From: Lachnospiraceae bacterium
GTDB lineage: Bacteria; Bacillota; Clostridia; Lachnospirales; Lachnospiraceae
DNA length: 64,000 nucleotides
Reading direction: 5' to 3'
Assembly: GCA_047602645.1 (NCBI GenBank)
Contig: JASGGU010000005.1
Span: 1,533 to 65,532, forward strand
Part shown: positions 8,834 through 19,900 of the stretch, piece after piece
How the letters are laid out: every line of letters begins with the position of its first letter
Numbering within the stretch: the stretch's first letter is position 1
Translations under genes and position numbers: made by a program
The notes under the pieces: model-generated
What the model was told of the DNA's origin: nothing
The model's input: only the letters and a program-made list of their open reading frames with translations
Databases searched by the model: none

Positions 8834-8872
8834 GGTTAATTAAGGTTGCCTGAAAAATAGATTAAGGTTGAC
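8830..8872 (+). promoter_or_regulatory. Three phased TTAAGGTT direct repeats, the third overlapping a TTGACG -35 element
   Basis: TTAAGGTT occurs at 8830-8837, 8840-8847 and 8862-8869 (start-to-start spacing 10 and 22 nt). TTGACG lies at 8867-8872. The repeats sit between the HK stop and the ABC permease gene. Confidence 0.55.
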
Positions 8873-8930
8873 GGTTTATCATTTTATTATGATAACTGCC
8901 AACCTTTTTTATATGTCAGGAGGTGAGAAA

Positions 8931-9052
8931 ATGAAATTGAAAAAGATGCCGCTGATGTATGTTCCGGGCAGTCTTTAGACGTTGACGCTGTTTCAGGGGC
9001 AACCCTCACCAGCGATACCGTTTTGAAAGCAATAGAAAACGCATTGGAATAG
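8931..9052 (+). pseudogene. Internally deleted relic of an FMN-binding (FMN_bind) domain protein
   Basis: An AGGAGGTG RBS precedes the ATG at 8931, giving MKLKKMPLMYVPGSL*. In another frame the sequence reads ...GQSLDVDAVSGATLTSDTVLKAIENALE* (stop 9050-9052). This includes the canonical C-terminal D-x-V-SGAT-x-TS flavinylation motif of FMN_bind domains. Confidence 0.6.
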
Positions 9053-9093
9053 GTGGCTAAATGGTCTATCTCCAATAGAAAGCAGGTGTTTGA

Positions 9094-11574
9094 TTGAAAA
9101 TCATATTGAAATACATTCTGACGAATGTAAAAGAACGTAAAACAAGAACAGTCGTTATGCTGCTGTCAATACTTCTATCTACTACATTGCTGTTTGTGTC
9201 TTTTTCTATTGGTGCGTCCTATGAAAGCTCACAGAGGAAAATGGCACAGGGCATGGCGGGAAGCGCAACGATTTCCGTTACCGTCGCAAATGATACGAAT
9301 GCAATTGATATAAGTGCAATTCCCGATTTATCCTCTATTGGAGCAAGTGTGGGTATGCTGGAGGAAAGTTCCTTATATCACGAAAATGGCTATTATGAAA
9401 CGGTTGACCTGATCGCTGCTGACCTCTTACAGCTTAACCAAATCAATAAACCGCGTTTGTTAGATGGTGGAGAAATCACTGACTTCTCGGGTAACAAAAT
9501 TATTCTGCCGGATCGGTTTACTTCAAAATATGGAATTGAAAAAGGTGATACCATTACCCTACAAATCAAGGGAAGTCCTGTCAGTTTTGAAGTGGCGAAA
9601 ATTGCCGCCTATGATACTGTTTTTCTGCGGCATACAAGGGGAGCAACAGCTCTTTTACCTCTTTCTACATTGACTGAACTTCTAGGGCAAACGGATGGAT
9701 ACAGCGAGATTTTAATTAAACCCGCCGAGGACGTTTCTACGGGTGCTTTGATAAACGAGCTGACGGCAGTGCTTCCTGACAGCAGCTATCAGATATCCGA
9801 GATTGTAAACGAAGCACAGATCACAACCGATGCAAGGCAAAAATCTATGCCGTTTTTCCTAATTAGCTTTTTCTCTCTGACAATAAGTATTTTTATCATT
9901 TACAGCAGCTACAAGGTAATCACGTTAGACCGGCTGCCGGTAATCGGGACGTTTCGCAGCATTGGCGCGACCCAAAAAGCGGTTACCCGCATTCTGCTTT
10001 TGGAAAGCTTGCTCTATGGCGGTATGGGGGGACTGATTGGTATTCCGGTAGGAATGTTTGTGCTGAAATTAATTTTACAGGGCATGGGACAATCTCTGTC
10101 GCAGGGGATTGAAATCCCCGTTGTTATTTCACCGTTCAGCATCATGATTTCCTTTACTGTGGCTGTTGCCGTTTCTCTGCTGAGTGCATGGCTCCCGGTA
10201 CGCCGGGCAAGCCGCCTGCCAATCAAGGACGTTGTTCTTGGAACTGTAGAGGAAAAAGGCATCCCCCGACGTTTTATCGTTGGAATCGGAATTGTCCTGT
10301 TTCTGATTTCCGTATTTTTTCCAAAGGTTGTTTCGGGAAAAATGTTATATCTGGCGGGTGGTTTTTCCTTGTTGGGACTGATTGCCGCAACGATTCTTGT
10401 CATTCCTCTTTTGACGAACTTGATTTCTATGGTACTGGAACACTTGTATGGCCTGATTTTTAAAAATGAAGGTAGACTTGCCGCTCGGAACATGCGGGAT
10501 AACAAAAACACTGCACAGAACATTACACTGCTTTTTATCAGCATTTCCGCAGTCATAGCAATCAGCGTTGTGGGAAATTTTGTAACCACCTACATTGGTG
10601 ACGTATTCAAGGGTGCCGAGATGCAAGGCTTTGCAGACGGACAAATGGAGCCGGACTTTATAGAGCAGGTAAAAAATATGGATGGCATTGAACAGGTACT
10701 TCCTCTCTTTGTGTTTAAGAATGAGGTGCAAGGGAACGGAATTACTTTTTCACGACTTGAAGCAACGGACGATCTGGAATGGTATCACTCCATGTTAGCA
10801 CTTCACTACACAAAAAGTAGTATGCAGGAACAGGCTATTTCTGCATTTGCCGCAAGACGATCAATTATATTAAGCGAAAGCTGTATGGAACGGACGGGAT
10901 TTTCCGTGGGCGATACGCTCACCCTGTCAAGTGGAGCCGCAACGAACTCTTATGTTGTAGTAGGCAGTTTCAAGTCGAGGGCAACAGATGTGGAAGCGGT
11001 AATTCCTTCGGCCTATGCAGTTTCCGATTTTGGCAAGACAACCTATGGCTTTTTAGCCTATACTGCCGCTGACCCTGATGCAATTATGGTGCAAATCCGT
11101 GACTTGTTTGGAGATACCTCAAATTGGAGCCGGACGGTAGAGGAATTTAATACGGATGCTCTTTCCACTGTGGGAGCCTTTTTGCAGCCGATGCACAGTA
11201 TGACCTACTTCATTTTGCTGCTGGCAACGATGGGTGTTATCAATAATTTGCTGATTAACTATATGCAAAAACGCCGTGCAATCGCTATGTATAAATCCGT
11301 TGGATTAAGCAACCGGCAAAATATGAAGATGACGTTGATTGAGGGCTTTTCTTCCGGTCTGATTGGCGCGGTAATCGCTATCTTCGTTTCCTATATGGAA
11401 ATACAAACGATTTTCCTTGTGGCCGGTCCAAAAATCTCAATGGTGCCGGAGCTTAGTACCAAGGCATTCTTTATGGCCGGAGCTATGGGAATACTGGTTA
11501 CTTTGGTGGGGTCAGTCGTTCCTATTTTCAAAAGCCGTCAGATGAAGTTAGTAGAAGAAATCAAATTTGAGTAA
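9094..11574 (+). CDS. ABC transporter permease with two FtsX-type domains (MacB/Bce-like)
   Basis: The 826-aa ORF has a TTG start with an AGCAGGTG RBS and begins KYILTNVKERKTRT. It shows two 4-TM FtsX blocks separated by large extracytoplasmic regions. Confidence 0.88.
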   Translation: MKIILKYILTNVKERKTRTVVMLLSILLSTTLLFVSFSIGASYESSQRKMAQGMAGSATISVTVANDTNAIDISAIPDLSSIGASVGMLEESSLYHENGYYETVDLIAADLLQLNQINKPRLLDGGEITDFSGNKIILPDRFTSKYGIEKGDTITLQIKGSPVSFEVAKIAAYDTVFLRHTRGATALLPLSTLTELLGQTDGYSEILIKPAEDVSTGALINELTAVLPDSSYQISEIVNEAQITTDARQKSMPFFLISFFSLTISIFIIYSSYKVITLDRLPVIGTFRSIGATQKAVTRILLLESLLYGGMGGLIGIPVGMFVLKLILQGMGQSLSQGIEIPVVISPFSIMISFTVAVAVSLLSAWLPVRRASRLPIKDVVLGTVEEKGIPRRFIVGIGIVLFLISVFFPKVVSGKMLYLAGGFSLLGLIAATILVIPLLTNLISMVLEHLYGLIFKNEGRLAARNMRDNKNTAQNITLLFISISAVIAISVVGNFVTTYIGDVFKGAEMQGFADGQMEPDFIEQVKNMDGIEQVLPLFVFKNEVQGNGITFSRLEATDDLEWYHSMLALHYTKSSMQEQAISAFAARRSIILSESCMERTGFSVGDTLTLSSGAATNSYVVVGSFKSRATDVEAVIPSAYAVSDFGKTTYGFLAYTAADPDAIMVQIRDLFGDTSNWSRTVEEFNTDALSTVGAFLQPMHSMTYFILLLATMGVINNLLINYMQKRRAIAMYKSVGLSNRQNMKMTLIEGFSSGLIGAVIAIFVSYMEIQTIFLVAGPKISMVPELSTKAFFMAGAMGILVTLVGSVVPIFKSRQMKLVEEIKFE

Positions 11575-11597
11575 AAAAGAGATTGGAGGTTTTACAG

Positions 11598-12284
11598 ATG
11601 AAAACATTCGTTGGTAATATTGCCGTTGAGGGCAAACATATTGTGAAAGATTTTCGGATTGGCAATACCACAACAAAGGTATTGAAAGGCGTATCCTTGC
11701 AGGTAATGCAGGGGGAGTTTGTATCCGTCATGGGGCCGTCCGGCTCCGGAAAAAGTACACTCCTCTATATTCTTGGCGGTTTGGACTCTCCGACGGGCGG
11801 TTCTGTTTATCTGAATGGAACCGCTATATCCCGTTTCAAAGATGAAAAAATGAGCAGAATACGGCGGCAAAATATAGGCTTTGTATTTCAGTTTTATAAT
11901 CTCATTCCTAACCTGAATGTAGAAGAAAACATTATGCTTCCCTTGCTTCTGGATGGCAAGAGAATGAGGGATTACAAAAAACAGTTAAATCACATCTTAG
12001 AAATGGTGGGCTTATCTGACAGGCGCAAGCATACGCCCCGAGAATTATCAGGAGGGCAGCAGCAGCGTGTAGCAATCGCCCGCGCCTTGGTCGGAAATCC
12101 AGAAATTCTATTTGCAGATGAACCGACTGGAAATTTAGACAGCAATACAGGGGCGGAAATTATGCACCTGTTACGCGATATTAACCGGGAAAGTGGACAA
12201 ACAATCATCATGGTAACACATTCGCCTGAAGCCGCCCAAAGCAGCAGCCGGGTCATTACAGTCCGCGATGGAGTAATTGAATAA
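11598..12284 (+). CDS. ABC transporter ATP-binding protein (MacB/LolD-like)
   Basis: Motifs seen: Walker A GPSGSGKST, Q-loop, signature LSGGQQQRVAIARAL and Walker B ILFADEPT. I prefer the ATG at 11598 (GGAGG 8 nt upstream) over the TTG at 11583 used by the ORF track. Confidence 0.92.
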   Translation: MKTFVGNIAVEGKHIVKDFRIGNTTTKVLKGVSLQVMQGEFVSVMGPSGSGKSTLLYILGGLDSPTGGSVYLNGTAISRFKDEKMSRIRRQNIGFVFQFYNLIPNLNVEENIMLPLLLDGKRMRDYKKQLNHILEMVGLSDRRKHTPRELSGGQQQRVAIARALVGNPEILFADEPTGNLDSNTGAEIMHLLRDINRESGQTIIMVTHSPEAAQSSSRVITVRDGVIE

Positions 12285-12325
12285 GCCATTATATTCCCTA
12301 AACAGACATTGCTTCCTTTCATAAA

Positions 12326-13468
12326 TTATAAATGCTTTACCGAAGCGATCAGCCTAAATATTTGCTCTGTCGTTTTTACCAGATTACTCCTTGCCGTTTT
12401 TTTCTCCATAGCCTCTTCGAGCGAAACAGGATTCGTCAAAATAGAATAATAGGAATCAATGCCGGCCTCGTTGCATTTTTCTGCTCCTTCTGCGACACAG
12501 CCTGCCAAGGCAATCACAACCGCCCCATATTTTTTGGCCAATTTACCGACTCCAACCGGTGCTTTTCCCATGGCGGTCTGGAAATCAATACGTCCTTCTC
12601 CGGTAATCACATAATCAGCATCTTTTATAGATTCTTCCAGGTTGAGCGCATTTACTACCAGATCAACTCCCGAATAAAGCTCCCCTTTCAAATAGCTTAA
12701 AAATGCAAATCCCAGTCCCCCGGCAGCTCCTGCTCCGGGCGTCTGGGTGTAGTCCTCCTGATAAAGCTTTTTAGTAGCCTCGGCATAAACACCCATGCCG
12801 TGATCCAATAATTCCAGCATCTCTTTTGTGACACCTTTTTGCGGGCCGTAAACGTAGGTGGCACCATTAGCCCCGCATAAAGGATTCGTTACATCACATG
12901 CAACTTTAAAATGGCACTCCTTTAATTCGGGCATCGCGTTTTTATCTGAGATAAAAGAAATCTTTCCCAGATCTTTTCCTCCAAAGCCCAGCTTATTCTG
13001 CTCTTCATCAAAAAATTCGTAGCCTAACGCTGTCAGCATCCCGATACCGCCATCGTTTGTTGCACTTCCTCCGATTCCGATAATGAAATCCCTGCACCCT
13101 TTGCCGATGGCATCCTTTATCATCTCACCCACGCCATAGGTAGTGGCCTCCATCGGATTCTTTTCCCGTTCCTTTACTAAGACGATCCCTGCGGCAGCTG
13201 CCATTTCTATGACCGCAGTTTTTGTATGTTCGATATAGCCATAGGCGGCTTCGATTCTGTTTCCTAATGGGCCCTTCACACAGAGGCGGACAGCCTCTCC
13301 CGAAAGCCCTTCAATCAGCGCTTCCGTCGTCCCTTCTCCGCCATCCGCAAGCGGCTTTATGATAATTTCTGCTTCCGTGGCATTCAATATGCCTTCTTTA
13401 ATCGCTTCACCGGCTTCCAGGGAAGTCAGGCTGCCCTTAAACGAATCAATCGCAATCACTACCTTCAT
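12326..13468 (-). CDS. glxK: Glycerate kinase
   Basis: The 380-aa ORF starts MKVVIAIDSFKGSLTS and contains PLADGGEGT, IGIGGSATNDGG and TGEGRIDFQT, the hallmark motifs of the glycerate kinase family. Confidence 0.9.
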   Translation of the reverse strand: MKVVIAIDSFKGSLTSLEAGEAIKEGILNATEAEIIIKPLADGGEGTTEALIEGLSGEAVRLCVKGPLGNRIEAAYGYIEHTKTAVIEMAAAAGIVLVKEREKNPMEATTYGVGEMIKDAIGKGCRDFIIGIGGSATNDGGIGMLTALGYEFFDEEQNKLGFGGKDLGKISFISDKNAMPELKECHFKVACDVTNPLCGANGATYVYGPQKGVTKEMLELLDHGMGVYAEATKKLYQEDYTQTPGAGAAGGLGFAFLSYLKGELYSGVDLVVNALNLEESIKDADYVITGEGRIDFQTAMGKAPVGVGKLAKKYGAVVIALAGCVAEGAEKCNEAGIDSYYSILTNPVSLEEAMEKKTARSNLVKTTEQIFRLIASVKHL

Positions 13469-13638
13469 TTCACTTGGGTTCCTCTCTGGCTGTTATCTCA
13501 GTTTATGATGTTCTCAACAAAATTTATTGAGTTTTGTATATAGTCATTATTAAATGAAAACCAATAAATTTCCATGTTCATACAGAAATTGAGGCATGTA
13601 TATTAACACACTTTAAAACTCATTTAGAAAGTCCTTAA

Positions 13639-15120
13639 TTACGTCCGTTTCTCCAACATCATTATTTTGTATTTGGATGGATTAACCCCTGTAATTTTTG
13701 TGAAAACCTTGCTAAAATGAAACTGTTCATAACCAAATGACTCGGCAACATCCTTGATCAGCAGATCCGGATTTATTTCAATCATTTTCTTTGCGGAATT
13801 AATTTTGTTTTGTAATATATATTCACTGTAAGACAATCCCGTCTGCATTTTAAATATTTTTCTTACATACGGCTGGCTCGCCTTAAATAAATTGCATATT
13901 TCTTTTAGTGAATAACATCTGTCTCGATTGTCCTCAATAAATGCATTAATCTCTTCAAACAGTTTCTGCCCATTTTTTTCTGCGGTTTTCTGATGTGCAC
14001 CATGCTCCCAATCCAGATTTTCAAAGATTACGGAATAGTTCTCTCTGATTTCTTCATAGCTGTCCGCATACCGAATGGACTCATCAATATATTCTCTGAT
14101 TTTCACAGAATCACTTTTTATCATTCCGCTTTGCAGCACACTGTCTGTCAGAATATGAAGCAGCATATAAATGCGGTATACGGATACTTCTTCCTTTTTC
14201 CACACTTCAAACAACTGATAGATTCGTTCCTTAAATAGGCCCCAGTTTCCCGCAGCAATCACCATTCTGATTTGCTTAAGAACTTCCATGTCCTCACCAT
14301 AGGAGGGCTCCGATATATCTTCAAGTATCTGCCATTCTGTTTCTGTTCTTTTTCCCGGAATCGTCTTTTTACGCGCCACATTATATAATATTTTTATATT
14401 TTCAATAATGTCTTCGCCTGACTCCAGAGAAAAACTTTGTATGCGGACGCTGGCTACCGTACGGAATCTGCAGGCAACAAGTATTCTGCGAAATGATCGG
14501 TCTGCCGTTGCGGCATTCTTTTCACTATCCGTTAACAGAACAAAAAGTGCGTTCCTGTATGCAATTTCCAGTACATGGTTGTCCTGCGAAAGATTCTGCA
14601 CATAATCTTCCACATCTCCGCTCCCGTATATCATCATTACTTGTGCCAGCTTATCATTCCCGCAAAGCAGCTTTTCGACTACCTCTGAATGATTGTTCGC
14701 AAATGCTCTTTCAAGGTCATCCTGCTGCTCTGCACGCCAAATATCTGTATAATATTTTTTGATTCGACTTAATACAATGTTAAATTCATCCGGATCAATC
14801 GGTTTTGTAATATAATCTTCAATTCCAAGACTAATTGCTTCTTTTGCATACTCAAACATTTTATAACCACTGATAATAATGACTCGTATGTCAGGATCGG
14901 TAAAACGCACTTTTTTTATCAGATCAATTCCCGTCATGCCTGACATCCGAATGTCTGTAATTAAAATTTGAGGACATTCTTCTTTCAGGTTATTCAACAC
15001 TTCCTCACCGTTCTCGTGCAATGCTACAACATCGAAGACTCCGTCAGCTTCCACAAGCGTTTTAATGAATCTTGCAATGGGGGGTTCATCCTCAGCGATA
15101 ACAACTCTAATCCTATTCAT
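13639..15120 (-). CDS. YesN-like response regulator (receiver + AraC-type HTH)
   Basis: The receiver domain begins MNRIRVVIAEDE and the C-terminus is an AraC HTH (SYSEYILQNKINSAKKM...). I chose the ATG at 15120, which overlaps the upstream kinase stop (ATGAATAG). The longer ORF-track N-terminus lacks receiver homology. Confidence 0.88.
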   Translation of the reverse strand: MNRIRVVIAEDEPPIARFIKTLVEADGVFDVVALHENGEEVLNNLKEECPQILITDIRMSGMTGIDLIKKVRFTDPDIRVIIISGYKMFEYAKEAISLGIEDYITKPIDPDEFNIVLSRIKKYYTDIWRAEQQDDLERAFANNHSEVVEKLLCGNDKLAQVMMIYGSGDVEDYVQNLSQDNHVLEIAYRNALFVLLTDSEKNAATADRSFRRILVACRFRTVASVRIQSFSLESGEDIIENIKILYNVARKKTIPGKRTETEWQILEDISEPSYGEDMEVLKQIRMVIAAGNWGLFKERIYQLFEVWKKEEVSVYRIYMLLHILTDSVLQSGMIKSDSVKIREYIDESIRYADSYEEIRENYSVIFENLDWEHGAHQKTAEKNGQKLFEEINAFIEDNRDRCYSLKEICNLFKASQPYVRKIFKMQTGLSYSEYILQNKINSAKKMIEINPDLLIKDVAESFGYEQFHFSKVFTKITGVNPSKYKIMMLEKRT

Positions 15121-16924
15121 TATGCTCACCTTTCCTTTCTGCCGACAGGCTGATACGAAATCCGCATGGGTTGAGATTTTCAATCGTATAGGAGAACGTA
15201 TCGCCATATGAGATCGCCAAACGCAATATCGTATTTCTTACTCCTATTCCGTAAGCTGTTTCGATATTTTTTCCCAGTTTATATTCAAGTAAATACCGAC
15301 TTATTTCGCGTTTCATCTCCTCAAGCTCTTCCTTGTCCATTCCCGCACCGTTATCTTCAATTGAAATTACAAACCGATTGTTCGGCTCATATAATCCCTT
15401 GATGACAATTTGAATTTCCGTATGCCTTTCATCAATCGCATGTTCAAATACGTTTTCAACAAATGGCTGCAGTGTCAATCTCGGCAATTCAACGCCTTCA
15501 ATTTCTTCATCACAAATAAGCTGATATTCAAGCCGGTGCTCGAATCTCAATTTCATCAATTCCAGATAAAAATTCAGATTATCCATTTCTTTTTTTATGG
15601 TTGTTATATTCCTGTTTTTATCAGCAATGGAATACCTTAAAATAGCAGACAGCTTATAGCAGGACTTATAGATTTGATTATTTCCCTGCTCCATGCCGAG
15701 AATACCGATGACATTCAACGTGTTATATAAAAAATGCGGGTTGATTTGCGACTGCAAAGAATTCAATTTCTCACGCATTTGAATGGTTTTGTTCGTAATT
15801 TCATTTTGTAAAAGAATATTGATTTTCCTGCTCATCTCACTATAACTGAGATAGAGGCTCTTGATTTCTTCATATTCAGTATCAATATTGTGCTTTAGTG
15901 GTTCTGTCTCTGCAAAGTTATCCAGAGATGTGGTGTTTTGGATATACCTCGTTAGATTACGTATCGGTTTTGTTAATTGCTGACTGTAAACAATGACAAA
16001 AATAAGCGTAATGAGAACCAGAGTCAACATTTCAGCGCTTAAAACAAGCATTTCTCTATAAACACCGGCATAGATTTGGCTTTTGGGCCGCAATAAAATA
16101 GTCATAATATTATTACCTTCATTTTCCTCTATTGCGACCAAATATGTTTTTTCTAATATATCAAAATCAATTGCTCCGTTTTCGTCATAATACTCCTGAA
16201 TAGACGCCCCTTCCGAAGTATAAATCACTTCATTAGAATCCGTCTTGATCATAAAAACACTATTTTCTTCCTGCATCCCGATCATAAAAATATTATCAAG
16301 ATAATCCGTTCCCACCTGAACACCTAAATACCCTACATTTTTACCCGGATTACGAATTGCCCTAACCATTGTTAATGTTTTTACATGATCCAATGGCATC
16401 GCTTTTTCCTGCACATTCAGCAAAACTCCGTCACCGAAATTTCCTGCAACCTTGCTTTTCCAGTCAATCGTATTCTCCTCTTCCTTTGACAATCTATATC
16501 TGTAATTATAATCGATATTATATTTATCGCTGGTAATATAATATCCGTCGTCATTAAAGAACTTCACTGTATAAGGTGAATCAACAATGGCATAGGAACA
16601 GAATTGGAGACACAGCGTTCTATAATATTCCTGTTCCTTTATAATACTTTTCTGAGAATTTCCCAGATTACGCGCAGCATTAATGACCTCTTGATTTCCC
16701 ACAAGATTGATACCTATAAACCTCATATTTTCAATCAGAGAATTGAGTTGTACAGATATGAGTTCCGCCGTTATATCCATCTTTGTCTGTGCATTTTTCA
16801 TACTGTCATGCAATGTGTTAAAAAAAACGATTCCCAATATTAATAAAAGAGGAATAATGGATATCATCAAAAATGAAGATTTCAAATGGGCTCTGAAGCT
16901 TTTCTTATTTTTATTTTTTTTCAT
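15113..16924 (-). CDS. YesM/LytS-type sensor histidine kinase (His_kinase PF06580-like)
   Basis: The ORF has an N-terminal TM segment, a large extracytoplasmic domain and a second TM segment. These are followed by the QINPHFLYNTLNVI H-box and a HATPase_c domain. The ATG at 16924 (MKKNKNKK) is preferred over the upstream TTG. Confidence 0.88.
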   Translation of the reverse strand: MKKNKNKKSFRAHLKSSFLMISIIPLLLILGIVFFNTLHDSMKNAQTKMDITAELISVQLNSLIENMRFIGINLVGNQEVINAARNLGNSQKSIIKEQEYYRTLCLQFCSYAIVDSPYTVKFFNDDGYYITSDKYNIDYNYRYRLSKEEENTIDWKSKVAGNFGDGVLLNVQEKAMPLDHVKTLTMVRAIRNPGKNVGYLGVQVGTDYLDNIFMIGMQEENSVFMIKTDSNEVIYTSEGASIQEYYDENGAIDFDILEKTYLVAIEENEGNNIMTILLRPKSQIYAGVYREMLVLSAEMLTLVLITLIFVIVYSQQLTKPIRNLTRYIQNTTSLDNFAETEPLKHNIDTEYEEIKSLYLSYSEMSRKINILLQNEITNKTIQMREKLNSLQSQINPHFLYNTLNVIGILGMEQGNNQIYKSCYKLSAILRYSIADKNRNITTIKKEMDNLNFYLELMKLRFEHRLEYQLICDEEIEGVELPRLTLQPFVENVFEHAIDERHTEIQIVIKGLYEPNNRFVISIEDNGAGMDKEELEEMKREISRYLLEYKLGKNIETAYGIGVRNTILRLAISYGDTFSYTIENLNPCGFRISLSAERKGEHNE

Positions 16925-16959
16925 ACAACTCAATTCCCTTTTTATGATTGCCCTGCTTA

Positions 16960-19900
16960 TTAATTTACTTGTATCGAATAGGTTGGCGCCTTTAATATTC
17001 CATTCTTATGCAGTCTGTATTCATAGCACCATTCTTCTCCCTCCGTACGCCAAGTCTTAGGGCCAAAATATACCTCTGCTGCATTGCAATTATGAAGCTG
17101 TCCAAATGTATTAATTCTGTTTCCATAACACCGAATATGGATTGCATGCCTGCCGGCAGAAACTTTTCCGAGCTGCACCTGATAAGGATCCATAAAAATC
17201 TCTTTTGCTTTTTTTCCATCTATCGACACTTCCAACAGCGGTGCTTCATACTCACTTATTTTTATAGACAATTCTCCTTCAGGAAGCTCTTCCTCCATCC
17301 GATAAACAATATTCCCTCCATAAAATGGAAACCCTTGCGTGGCGATGTCTCCAAATCCAATTTTTTCCGGACTGGCGCCCAGCTGCTGACGGGAACCACT
17401 TATCGATACAGAAAAATCTCCAAGCAAATACAGCCACTCTAAATTTGTATCATTTGTAAAGTTAAATTGATACAAAAGTATGTTCTCACCTTTCTGTAAG
17501 GTACCAATTTTTCTTTTGCGTATCGCCGTATCTACGTAATAGCCGTTAAACGGACTTTCTAACCTCTCTCCATTCAAATAAAATTCATCAGCGTCCATAC
17601 ACTCAGAAGCCAGCTCTACATTTTCTATATCCTTTGTACACTGGATTCTAAAACGCAGCGATATTTTATGTGTTTCGCATGCATCATTATCCTGCCCTTT
17701 TTTTGAAGTCAGCCATGGCTGCGCAAAACTGTCCGTACGAAGGGGATACCCGAACTTTTGTCTGATAATATTATCTATTTTCAAAAGTTCTTCCCGCTCC
17801 TGCCATTCGCCGTCCTCTATTCGATACTCACCCATATCAAGTACCGAAACATTGGGTTCTTCCAAAACATAGGGTGTCTCCGAATTTAAATATCCGCCAA
17901 AAACCTCATTTACCGTTGTTTGCTTTCTAACATTATAAGATTTTTGAAAATTCTTGTTTTCCTTTAAATGCAATAGCAAAGAATCCTGATCATAGATGTC
18001 CGCATATACAATTGTAGTATGCTCGTCCGTATTCTCGTAATCAGCCTCTTCAATCCGGTCGTGCATCGCATCATATAAAGTGACTGCATAACAGCCTTTT
18101 ATCATGACCCTGCATTTTTCTCTCTGCTTAGCAGATGGCGCAATCGAAACCGAACTCTTTTCTATACTTTTTCCATGCGCAACAAAAAGCCATCTTTCAT
18201 CACCCTCACTTCGCAGCTGATAAATCAAATCCGTTTTCCGTATTCCTTCCTCGTCTATTATATCAATTTCTCTATCGGCATTCAAATATTCTAACAGCCG
18301 TTTGCACGCAACATCAATATGCGTGTACTTCTCTAACTGCAGTTCTGCCTGATTGCTTGCTGCGCCATCCACATATTGAGGGAACTTCCCCATAACAATG
18401 ACATTTCCTCCACGCTTCGCAAATGCATGCAGTTTTTGAAGAGTTGTCTTTCTGATTGTTATAAGCGGCGGTACTATAACAGTTTTGTAGGACATCTTTC
18501 CGACTTTAAAGTCGGGTGTATCGCTTTCCTGTTCAAGCTCCGTGAGAAGTGCTTCCGATATAAAATCAAAATCAATCAGACCAAACAGCATTCCTTCAAT
18601 GATCTTCTGAAATGTCTGATCCAGTTCGGTTTTATGACTTTTATGTTCATCTTCAGCGCCATATTCCATAAACATACTTTCAATAGGATGAATGATGCAA
18701 ACGTTTACATCCGGTTTCCCCTGCGTCATAGCCAGATTTACTCTGGCAAAATAGTCTTCTATAATTTTATATTTCATAAACCATGGGGAATGCGCATCAA
18801 TCGGCGCCGGATAATCCCGCTTTGACTCACCGTTCATGTACATCCATGCAAGATGAGGAACTCTGGTTGTTACTCCAAGTGCGCATTGCCAATCTCCCTG
18901 CATTTTATGTCCGCCAAAATCATAATTCCAGTTTGTTACCCCATACAATTCGCTCGTAAGCCCGGGCCTGCTCATTTGTCTTGCGACACTCTGTGCCTGC
19001 TTTGCCGTTGAATACTCATGAAAATCAGCCAGAATGTCAATTCCAATTTTTTGAAAATAAAAGTAACAGCGCATCACATCGCCGACTGAACGCATTTGTT
19101 TTTCCAAACCGCCTTCTTCCATTAAGTGTCCCGTCAGCATAATATTATGTTCTTCACACCAGGTTCCCAATGTACCGGCATAACTTTTTGCAAACCTGTC
19201 GGCAAGCAAATTAAAATATTGATATTTGAGCACTGCTTCGGATTTTATATCTTCCCAGTCCCAAAACATTTCCGGCAAATGATCAATAAAACTTTTTCCA
19301 TACCGCTCAATAAACTCCGTTTCCATACTCTCGGTATATGGCAGCCCAACTTCTTGCGGATCATCCCCGCTTTTCATGAATTCTGCTTTAGGGAACTGTG
19401 GTTCATCGGTAAATATAGAGGGGATACTTTTTGAAAATTCACTCCCAAGCACATCATAATACGGCTCGTAAGAGACCTTCGCAAACCGTTCTATCGCGGA
19501 TGGATTTAGCGTATCTACATAGGCGGAATTATTAAACCAAGCATTTTCATCGGTAACAACCAGATAACAGTACCAATTTACAGTTTCGTTTTTTTCTTTT
19601 TCTACGCTGTATTCAACCAGCCTTCCATTTTTAGTCGTAACATGATAATAGGCGATACATGTAAGGTCACCATTAATATTCAGACGGCATCCGGAAGAAA
19701 CCTTTCTATTATAATGGCCGTCTTCATGTGCTTCCGGAGAAAACAACAAATACCGGGATCGGAATTCTCTTTTTGTTGTAACTCTTCCCGCTCCATACCC
19801 GGAAGGCCACTTATCTTCATCATACAAATAAACAATCATGTTGTTGTCCATCGCATACCGGTGACACTCCTGAACATATTCCATGAATTCTTTGCCAAGA

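Noticed and set aside
8830-8869. TTAAGGTT repeats as a CRISPR or other repeat array.
   Set aside because: There are only three 8-bp copies with 2-nt and 14-nt gaps, located at a promoter. This is far too short and irregular for a CRISPR array.
10014-10731. 191-aa and 128-aa minus-strand ORFs inside the FtsX permease gene. Many similar short antisense ORFs occur across the window.
   Set aside because: They are shadow ORFs inside strongly supported genes and have no RBS or motif support.
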